A stretch of DNA of 64,000 nucleotides from Minisyncoccota bacterium (GTDB lineage Bacteria; Patescibacteriota; Minisyncoccia; Phycocordibacterales; Phycocordibacteraceae): assembly GCA_022841985.1 (NCBI GenBank), contig JALHQL010000003.1:6878-70877 (forward strand). The letters are read 5' to 3'. The position numbers and the translations under genes are program-made. Positions 19,518 to 26,367 of the stretch are shown here, in pieces. Each line of letters begins with the position of its first letter. The first letter of the stretch is position 1. The notes under the pieces were generated by a model that worked only from the letters and a program-made list of their open reading frames with translations, was not told where the DNA came from and made no database searches.

Positions 19518-20480
19518 ATGCAGACTATCGTCGGAGTGCTTAGAGGAGGGCCATCACGAGAACACAGTATTTCGCTCAAAACAGGTGCGGCTATTCTTGC
19601 AAATTTGCCAAGTGAGAAATATGTCGCTCGTGATATCTATATTGATAAAAGCGGGCAATGGCATGAACGCGGCCGCCCAATTTCTCCGGAGCGAGTATTG
19701 CGGCAGATTGATGTTGCGCTCATCGGTCTCCATGGGGAGTACGGCGGGAGTGGCGAAGTGCAAAGACTTCTCGAGAGGTTCAGCGTTCCATATGCAGGTG
19801 CGGATTCCCTCGGTTCCTATCTTGCGACGCATAAGCTTTTGGCGAAGGCCCGTGCAAGAGATGCGAAATTGCTTACTCCGGCATATCACTATATTGAAAG
19901 TGCTGCAGATAGTGAGGCAGCGACACATGAAATAATTCACAATTTTGTCCAACCGGTTATTGTGAAGCCTGTCGGCTGGGGCTCTTCGGTCGGCGTCTCG
20001 CTTGTTGGTGGGTATGCACCAGTACTTGCTGCCATCGAAAAACTTTTTGCTGAAGGTGCACCGCGTGTATTAGTCGAAGAATATATCCGCGGAAGGGAGG
20101 CAACTATCAGTGTTGTCGAAGGTTTGCGCGGCGAAGTTCTGTATGTATCTCCTTCTGTCGAGATTATTCCACCTAAAGGAGGTATTTTTTCTTACGATGC
20201 GAAGTGCGCTGGGGATGTTCGCCACAGCTGTCCTGGGAATTTTTCGCGCGTTATCACCGAAGAGTTGCAGCGTGTCGCAAAGGTGATACATCGTGCCCTC
20301 GGTCTCCGCCATTATTCCCGAAGTGATTTTATCGTCTCGCCCAAAGGTATCTATTATCTGGAAACCAATACGCTTCCAGGTCTTATGAAAGAATCACTCT
20401 TGCCGAAATCCCTTGCAGCTGTGGGTGTCCCTTTTCCTGATTTCCTTGAGCATCTGGTCAATTTGGCTCAGACGCGGTAA
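19518..20480 (+). CDS. ddl: D-alanine--D-alanine ligase family protein
   Basis: GGPSREHSIS, LHG, KP...GSSVG, EEYI, RSDF and LETNTLPG ATP-grasp motifs. Confidence 0.92.
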   Translation: MQTIVGVLRGGPSREHSISLKTGAAILANLPSEKYVARDIYIDKSGQWHERGRPISPERVLRQIDVALIGLHGEYGGSGEVQRLLERFSVPYAGADSLGSYLATHKLLAKARARDAKLLTPAYHYIESAADSEAATHEIIHNFVQPVIVKPVGWGSSVGVSLVGGYAPVLAAIEKLFAEGAPRVLVEEYIRGREATISVVEGLRGEVLYVSPSVEIIPPKGGIFSYDAKCAGDVRHSCPGNFSRVITEELQRVAKVIHRALGLRHYSRSDFIVSPKGIYYLETNTLPGLMKESLLPKSLAAVGVPFPDFLEHLVNLAQTR

Positions 20481-20494
20481 AGTAGAGAGCGTTC

Positions 20495-20567
20495 GGGCCC
20501 TTAGCTCATTTGGTAGAGCACCTCATTTGCAATGAGGGGGTGACCGGTTCGAATCCGGTAGGGTCCA
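20495..20567 (+). tRNA. tRNA-Ala (TGC)
   Basis: Acceptor gggccct/agggtcc with G3:U70; anticodon arm cctca-tttgcaa-tgagg; TTCGAAT T-loop. Confidence 0.95.
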
Positions 20568-20621
20568 CTAAACAAAGAATCTGGGAATCGTACGGAATAT
20601 CTGTTATGGTTAAGTGCGTTC

Positions 20622-20695
20622 GCGCTCTTAGCTCAGTTGGTTAGAGCGTCCGCCTCACACGCGGAAGGTCGCAAGTTCGAATCTTGCAGAGCGCA
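20622..20695 (+). tRNA. tRNA-Val (CAC)
   Basis: Acceptor gcgctct/agagcgc; anticodon arm tccgc-ctcacac-gcgga. Confidence 0.95.
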
Positions 20696-20757
20696 CAAGC
20701 AAGCAAAACTGCGAGGTAGGGTCGTGAAAATTTGTGCCTGACCACAAGTACACAAAG

Positions 20758-20828
20758 CGGGCTGGAGTATGCCGGTAGTACGCACGCTTCGGGTGCGTGT
20801 AGACCGGGTTCAATTCCCGGCAGCCCGA
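20758..20828 (+). tRNA. tRNA-Pro (CGG)
   Basis: Acceptor cgggctg/cagcccg; anticodon arm cacgc-ttcgggt-gcgtg. Confidence 0.9.
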
Positions 20829-20868
20829 CAAAACTATAATGCGGATACGCAAGACACGTATCCGTAAA

Positions 20869-20939
20869 CGGGATATCGTATAGTGGTAGTACGCAAGGCT
20901 GGGGGTCTTGCAGTCCCGGTCCGATTCCGGGTATCCCGA
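20869..20939 (+). tRNA. tRNA-Pro (GGG)
   Basis: Acceptor cgggata/tatcccg; anticodon arm caagg-ctggggg-tcttg. Confidence 0.9.
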
Positions 20940-20972
20940 TGAATTTTGTTTTTCCTCATGCTAGAATCGTCC

Positions 20973-21101
20973 GCACGGGCCATTAGCTCAACTGGTAAGC
21001 CCTTCGGGCTTCCTCCCTGCGCTCGCCTCGGACAAATAAACGAAGACGTTTTTTGTCGCTCGGCTCGCTTGGCAGTAGAGCGCTTCATTATGGTCCCGTG
21101 C
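20973..21101 (+). ncRNA. tRNA-Ala-derived structured RNA or pseudo-tRNA with a D-loop insertion and no anticodon or T arm
   Basis: 20977-20997 is identical to the first 21 nt of tRNA-Ala(CGC); tRNA sequence resumes at 21078 (gagcgcttcatt) and jumps to the 3' acceptor strand atggtcc; TGcTAGAAT box at 20959-20967. Confidence 0.7.
20998..21077 (+). mobile_element. 80-nt TA-flanked structured element inserted in the D-loop
   Basis: Aligns with the reverse complement of the 77-bp array unit at 30.4 kb and with 57072-57151. Confidence 0.7.
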
Positions 21102-21127
21102 CGTTCGGGTACATATGTGCGGACATC

Positions 21128-21203
21128 GGGCCATTAGCTCAACTGGTAGAGCGCGTCATTCGCATTGACGAGGCAAGCGGTTCGACTCCGCTATGGTCCA
21201 CCA
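21128..21203 (+). tRNA. tRNA-Ala (CGC) with encoded CCA
   Basis: Acceptor gggccat/atggtcc with G3:U70; anticodon arm cgtca-ttcgcat-tgacg. Confidence 0.95.
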
Positions 21204-22501
21204 TGAGATCAGACATTGTTCATCCGGGTGCGGACAAGCTCAAGTATGAGATACGTGAGATTGTAACCGTTGCAAAGCGAGTTGCGCTCTCCGGCACACC
21301 GGTCGTGTGGGAGAATATCGGTGATCCTGTGGCTAAGGGCGAAGTTCCTCCAGAGTGGATAAAAAAAATTATCAGAGACACTCTTCAAGAAGATCAAAGT
21401 TTTTCCTATTCACCGACCAAGGGTTTGGATGAAACTCGCATCTATATCGCCCGCGAACGGAACCTCGAGGGTGGCATTCAGATACTGCCTGACGATATTT
21501 TATTTTTTAATGGGCTTGGCGACGGCATATCTCATATCTATCGGAATCTTAATCCTCGCGCGCGAATACTCGGACCCGATCCTGCCTACCCAACACATTC
21601 CTCTGCCGAAGCGGCTCATGCTAATAAGCCACACATGACGTACCGTCTTGACCCTGAAAAGGAGTGGCGGCCAGACCTTGTGGATATGGAGAAAAAGATA
21701 CGAGCAAATAAAAACATTGCTGGCATTCTTATCATTAATCCGGATAATCCGACGGGGTTTGTATATCCTCAAGAAACAATACGGGCTATAGTCGCACTCG
21801 CAAAGAAATATAAGCTTTTTATCGTTTCTGATGAAATTTATTCGAACCTTGCGTATGAAGGAAGCGGAATGCGCAAACTGGCATCGGTTATTGGCACCGT
21901 TCCGGGTATCGCTATGCGGGGAATCTCGAAAGAGTTTCCATGGCCAGGTGCAAGGTGCGGATGGATTGAGTTCTATAATCGAGGCAAGGACAAAAATTTT
22001 GATCGGTATGCGCGCTCAATCGTGGATTCAAAAATGCTTGAAGTGTGTTCGACGACGCTTCCTCAAAAAGTGTTGCCGAAAGTGATGGGGGATCCCCGCT
22101 ATTACCCCTATTTAGCAGCGCGTACACGCCATTACGAAGAACGTGCAGAGTATGCTCACGGGATACTTTCTAAAATCCCAAATATTATCGTTCACAAACC
22201 GCGTGGCGCATTTTATATGACGTGTGTGTTCCGGAAGGGGGCTCTGAAGAAAAACCAAACGCTTCCGGTACGGGGCGATCTAAAAAAGTTCATCGAGTCA
22301 TGTCTGACAAAGGCATCTTTGGATAAACGTTTTGTGTACTACCTCCTGGCTTCTACTGGTATCTGCGTTGTACCGCTCTCCTCCGGCTTTAACTCATCGC
22401 TCCAAGGGTTTCGGTTCTTGTTGTTGGAGCAGGATACCGATCGATTTAAAAAGACGATACATACGATAGCCAAAGCCATTTCTGATTTCGCAAAGTCTTG
22501 A
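21203..22501 (+). CDS. PLP-dependent class I/II aminotransferase (AlaA/AlaT-like)
   Basis: YEIR...ENIGDP, INPDNPTG, SDEIY and GISK...PGARCGW (PLP lysine) motifs. Confidence 0.9.
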   Translation: MRSDIVHPGADKLKYEIREIVTVAKRVALSGTPVVWENIGDPVAKGEVPPEWIKKIIRDTLQEDQSFSYSPTKGLDETRIYIARERNLEGGIQILPDDILFFNGLGDGISHIYRNLNPRARILGPDPAYPTHSSAEAAHANKPHMTYRLDPEKEWRPDLVDMEKKIRANKNIAGILIINPDNPTGFVYPQETIRAIVALAKKYKLFIVSDEIYSNLAYEGSGMRKLASVIGTVPGIAMRGISKEFPWPGARCGWIEFYNRGKDKNFDRYARSIVDSKMLEVCSTTLPQKVLPKVMGDPRYYPYLAARTRHYEERAEYAHGILSKIPNIIVHKPRGAFYMTCVFRKGALKKNQTLPVRGDLKKFIESCLTKASLDKRFVYYLLASTGICVVPLSSGFNSSLQGFRFLLLEQDTDRFKKTIHTIAKAISDFAKS

Positions 22502-22575
22502 GGAATTTCCTCATATAGAAAATGTCGACGCTATAGTAAGATGGTTGGCAGAAAAGATTCGCGAAAAGAAAATAA

Positions 22576-22646
22576 GGGCCTATAGTTCAGCGGTAGAACG
22601 CGTCCATGGCATGGACGAGGTCGGAGTTCGACTCTCCGTAGGTCCA
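22576..22646 (+). tRNA. tRNA-Ala (GGC)
   Basis: Acceptor gggccta/taggtcc; anticodon arm cgtcc-atggcat-ggacg. Confidence 0.93.
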
Positions 22647-22688
22647 CAAAATTTAATCCTCTTAGGCTCTCTGGTATACTATCCGCAT

Positions 22689-23090
22689 ATGCTGCAAGAA
22701 TTCAAACAGTTTTTGCTCCGCGGGAATGTCGTTGATTTGGCGGTCGGTGTCGTTATAGGAGCTTCTTTCGGTACTATTGTTACTGCGTTAGTACATGATC
22801 TGCTTACGCCGTTTCTCGCAGCCATCATCAAGGTGCCTGATTTTGGGGGATTATTTTTCACTCTCAATGGCAGCAAATTCATGTATGGACACTTTATTAA
22901 TGCTCTCATATCGTTTGTGCTCATAGCGGCTGCCGTGTTCTTTTTTATTGTGAAGCCAATGAATATGCTTATCTCTCGATCTCGAGGGGAAGCTCCTGCA
23001 GATCCCACAACGAAAAAATGTTCGGAATGCATAAGTGAAATACCTATTGCCGCGAAACGTTGTATGTATTGCACACAGATTGTTACCTAG
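22689..23090 (+). CDS. mscL: Large-conductance mechanosensitive channel with a C-terminal CxxC...CxxC tail
   Basis: EFKQFLLRGNVVDLAVGVVIG, YGHFINALISF; CSEC...CMYC tail. Confidence 0.95.
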   Translation: MLQEFKQFLLRGNVVDLAVGVVIGASFGTIVTALVHDLLTPFLAAIIKVPDFGGLFFTLNGSKFMYGHFINALISFVLIAAAVFFFIVKPMNMLISRSRGEAPADPTTKKCSECISEIPIAAKRCMYCTQIVT

Positions 23091-23093
23091 GAA

Positions 23094-23126
23094 ATACAAA
23101 ACCCCGCTAAAAGCGGGGTTTTGTAT
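23094..23126. terminator. Bidirectional terminator
   Basis: atacaaaaccccgct-aaa-agcggggttttgtat between convergent genes. Confidence 0.85.
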
Positions 23127-23141
23127 GCGTTCTGCATCAGT

Positions 23142-23393
23142 TTAGCTCAAATGCGCCGAGACAAGCTTTGTCATCTCAAACATTGTTACTTCGCTCTTGC
23201 CGCCAAATATTGCCTTCAACTTATCATCGGAAAGAATATTCCGCTTATTCTTTGGGTTCTGAAGACTATTCTTCTTAATGTATACCCAAAGCTGCTTAAC
23301 GACTTCGGTTCTTGGCATCGGGCCTTTGCCTACGACCGCTTCAAGTTCAGGTGAAAGGGTAAGCGGTTTCGAGAGAGCTGCGTTTATTGCCAT
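23142..23393 (-). CDS. Stand-alone SWIB/MDM2-domain protein
   Basis: LSPELEAVVG...PRTEVVKQLWVYIKKNSLQNPKNKRNI..DDKL...FEMTKLVSAHL. Confidence 0.93.
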   Translation of the reverse strand: MAINAALSKPLTLSPELEAVVGKGPMPRTEVVKQLWVYIKKNSLQNPKNKRNILSDDKLKAIFGGKSEVTMFEMTKLVSAHLS

Positions 23394-23553
23394 AGTGAAT
23401 GTAATTCTATTAATACTAATGGACTGATCTAGTATATAGCACATATTGCCCTTTGTTTGCTAGGGTGTGGGCAATGAGCACAAAGACGTCTTGAGATGAC
23501 TGTCCCTCCTGTATTATTGCACAAAGCATAAAAGGCAGTCATACTGGGGGGGT

Positions 23554-23973
23554 ATGGCTTTTGAAGGTAACGGGGTCGACATCGTTTCTCCGCGGCGCAC
23601 GGTACCGCACTATCACGGCGACGAGGTCCGAACGCTTTTCTTTGTGAGCGCTATTGTTCTTGTTGTTGCGCAGTCTACTGGTGCTGAACTCCCGCTTTCC
23701 TCGGTCGGTACGGTGGCTTCTGCTGTTGTGTTGGTGATTATGGCCGGTATTACGAATCCGGCGCAATATGGAATCCACTTCATGAATGCCCTTATTTCGG
23801 TATCGGGAGCACTCTTGTTTGGTATAACGGCTATCGATAAGTATCGTGCGGGAATGCGCTTGTTGGACTCTTCTTTCGTCTACGTGGAAGTGCTTGCGCT
23901 CTTCTCACTCTCGGCCCTCTACTTCACCACACGGACAATTCGTGGACTCTTACAACGCCCGAAGCTTTCCTGA
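23554..23973 (+). CDS. 4-TM hypothetical membrane protein
   Basis: PHYHGD.VR.LF motif followed by hydrophobic helices. Confidence 0.75.
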   Translation: MAFEGNGVDIVSPRRTVPHYHGDEVRTLFFVSAIVLVVAQSTGAELPLSSVGTVASAVVLVIMAGITNPAQYGIHFMNALISVSGALLFGITAIDKYRAGMRLLDSSFVYVEVLALFSLSALYFTTRTIRGLLQRPKLS

Positions 23974-23985
23974 TTCTATATTCCT

Positions 23986-24216
23986 ATGTCTGTCCAAAGT
24001 TTTCTTCTTAATCAATATGCCAAGTGGAAGTTAAAGGATGTGCCGGAGGCGCAGCGCGAGCAGATGACTGCACTCATCACAAAAGACCCACAACTTTTTA
24101 AAAAGATTGGTGAAGAGATTGAGCGTCGTAAGAAGGGCGGCGAAGGTGAAACGAAGGCGGCGATGGAAGTAATGAAGAAATACCGTACCGAGCTCACTGC
24201 GCTCATGCAGAAATAA
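23986..24216 (+). CDS. Small helical hypothetical protein
   Basis: Fills the intergenic gap with a plausible amphipathic helical sequence. Confidence 0.75.
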   Translation: MSVQSFLLNQYAKWKLKDVPEAQREQMTALITKDPQLFKKIGEEIERRKKGGEGETKAAMEVMKKYRTELTALMQK

Positions 24217-24255
24217 GGGTTGCGCAAAAGCTAAAGTAGCCTTAGGGTGCTTATA

Positions 24256-25353
24256 ATGTTGAAAATAGGAATTGTCGGATTGCCAAACGTGGGGAAATCC
24301 ACGCTTTTTAATGCTCTTACGAAAGCGAGCGTGCCGGCCGAGAATTATCCTTTTTGCACGATCGATCCTTCAGTTGGAGTGGTCGGCGTTCCTGATGCCC
24401 GACTCGCAATGCTCGCTAAATTTTCGTCGAGCGCAAAAGTCATTCCCGCTGCAATAGAATTCGTCGATATCGCTGGACTAGTGAAAGGTGCCGCAACAGG
24501 CGAAGGCTTAGGGAATCAATTTCTTGCGAATATTCGTGAGACCGATGCAATCCTCCAAGTTGTTCGTTTTTTTGACGACCCGAACGTGCTACATGTTGAT
24601 GCAAATATTGAGCCCTACAAAGACATTGAGATCATAAATATGGAGCTCGTACTCGCCGATGCGGAACAGGTGCGTAAACGTCGCGATAAACTCGCCCGCG
24701 ATATAAAAGCTGGCGACAAAGACGCAAGCGTCGAGGATGCGGCGCTTGCTAAGCTTGAAGAAGGCTTTTCAGCGGGAAAGCTTGCGCTTCACGCGGGACT
24801 CTCGTCGGAAGAGCAGAAGCGCGTCGAGTATTTGAATCTTCTCACGATGAAGCCGATCCTCTACGCACTCAACCGGAAAAGTGGAGGGAAAAATCTGGAT
24901 GAGCTTAAAGACGGTCGTGCACAACGAGCGTACGATCTCATCAAGACGCTCGGGGGGCGTTATGTTTTCGTGGATGCTGCTACCGAGCGCGAACTGAACG
25001 ATGTCTCCGACGTCGATCGTGCCGGATTCCGCGAGGAGCTCGGAGTTTCTGAAGATGGGCTTGCCGGTCTCATCAGAGGTGCGTATGAGACACTCGGCCT
25101 TATTTCATTCTTTACGACGGGAGCTGATGAAACACGTGCATGGACGATCAAGGAGGGAAGTACGGCGCCGATAGCTGGTTCAGCTATCCATAATGATTTT
25201 TTGGAGAAGTTCATTCGCGCCGAAGTTGTTGCCACTGATGACTTGCTTGCTGCCGGCAGTTACGCAACTGCACGCGAAACAGCAAAAGTTCGTACCGAAG
25301 GGAAGGAATACGTTGTCAAAGATGGTGACGTTATGGTGTTTCTCCACGGGTGA
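24256..25353 (+). CDS. ychF: Ribosome-binding ATPase YchF
   Basis: [36 protein letters not shown] and [11 protein letters not shown]. Confidence 0.97.
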   Translation: MLKIGIVGLPNVGKSTLFNALTKASVPAENYPFCTIDPSVGVVGVPDARLAMLAKFSSSAKVIPAAIEFVDIAGLVKGAATGEGLGNQFLANIRETDAILQVVRFFDDPNVLHVDANIEPYKDIEIINMELVLADAEQVRKRRDKLARDIKAGDKDASVEDAALAKLEEGFSAGKLALHAGLSSEEQKRVEYLNLLTMKPILYALNRKSGGKNLDELKDGRAQRAYDLIKTLGGRYVFVDAATERELNDVSDVDRAGFREELGVSEDGLAGLIRGAYETLGLISFFTTGADETRAWTIKEGSTAPIAGSAIHNDFLEKFIRAEVVATDDLLAAGSYATARETAKVRTEGKEYVVKDGDVMVFLHG

Positions 25354-25389
25354 TTTTTTTTAAGGCCTGTTTATGGTATAATCCACCTC

Positions 25390-26334
25390 ATGGATAAACC
25401 AAAAACAACAGCAAAAGATTTTTTCCTATGGGCAGGAGCGATGATTACGTTCTATTGGAGCATCATCGCTACAATTTTACTTATACTCAATTACATTGAC
25501 TATACGTTTCCAAACGCGCTTTCGTATCTGCCGGCCAATCCGTATGAGAGCGGCATTAGCAATGAGATGGCATCGATTATCGTTCTGCTTCCGCTCTACA
25601 TGTTCCTTATGCATCTTATACGGAAAGATGCGGCTCGTGACCCTTCAAGGAACGAAATCTGGGTACGCCGATGGGCAATCATACTGACGCTCTTTGTTGC
25701 AGGTGTCGCGATAGCGATCGATCTCATCATGCTTCTCACCACATTCTTAAGCGGAGAGGAATTGACGATAGCATTTTTGCTTAAAGTGCTTGTTGTTCTT
25801 CTTGTTGCAGCTGGAGTCTTCATGCATTTCATCGCTGATTTGAAAGGGTACTGGGATATGTTTCCAATGCGCAAGCAAGCAGTGAGTGTCAGTGTGGCAG
25901 TGCTCGCGGTTGTGGTGATAGGCGCAGGCTTCTTTATCGTCGGTACGCCAGGGCAAGCTCGCCTCGCACGCTTTGATGTGCAAAAGGTAAATGACTTAGT
26001 AAGTATGCAGTACCAGGTTACCTGTTATTTCCAGGCAAAGCAGAAGTTGCCTGCCACACTTGCCGATCTCAATAATCCTCTTGGGTGTGGCTCCACACCA
26101 GTTGATCCTCAAACCAATGAATCGTATGTATATGAGGCGACGGGCAAGCTCTCATTCAAACTATGCGCAGTATTTAATGCAGAAGGTCGCGGGAATCAAG
26201 ACATGTATCTTGAACGCACTATACCAATGCCAGTGGGCAGCAAAGGAATACAGCAAGATAATTGGCAGCACGATAGCGGGCAAGTCTGTTTTGATCGAAC
26301 TATTGATCCAAGCTTCTTCCCACCGCTCAAGTAA
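25390..26334 (+). CDS. Multi-TM membrane protein (DUF5671-like) with a pilin-like extracytoplasmic C-terminus
   Basis: KDFFL N-terminus, about 5 TM helices, D..KVNDL..LP..L..PVDP..Y.Y..F.LCA.F. Confidence 0.7.
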   Translation: MDKPKTTAKDFFLWAGAMITFYWSIIATILLILNYIDYTFPNALSYLPANPYESGISNEMASIIVLLPLYMFLMHLIRKDAARDPSRNEIWVRRWAIILTLFVAGVAIAIDLIMLLTTFLSGEELTIAFLLKVLVVLLVAAGVFMHFIADLKGYWDMFPMRKQAVSVSVAVLAVVVIGAGFFIVGTPGQARLARFDVQKVNDLVSMQYQVTCYFQAKQKLPATLADLNNPLGCGSTPVDPQTNESYVYEATGKLSFKLCAVFNAEGRGNQDMYLERTIPMPVGSKGIQQDNWQHDSGQVCFDRTIDPSFFPPLK

Positions 26335-26367
26335 GTGTTTTTAAGTCGGGACCCACTGCTCGATTAT

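Noticed and set aside
20998-21077. Self-splicing tRNA intron
   Set aside because: Far too short for group I or II, and its removal would still leave no anticodon or T arm.
20977-21148. attL/attR of an integrated element at tRNA-Ala
   Set aside because: The repeats are only about 150 bp apart, no integrase is present, and the upstream copy also retains D-stem and 3' acceptor sequence.
21053-22688. Long N-terminal extensions of the aminotransferase and MscL in the ORF track
   Set aside because: The extensions run through tRNA genes; starts reassigned to 21203 and 22689.
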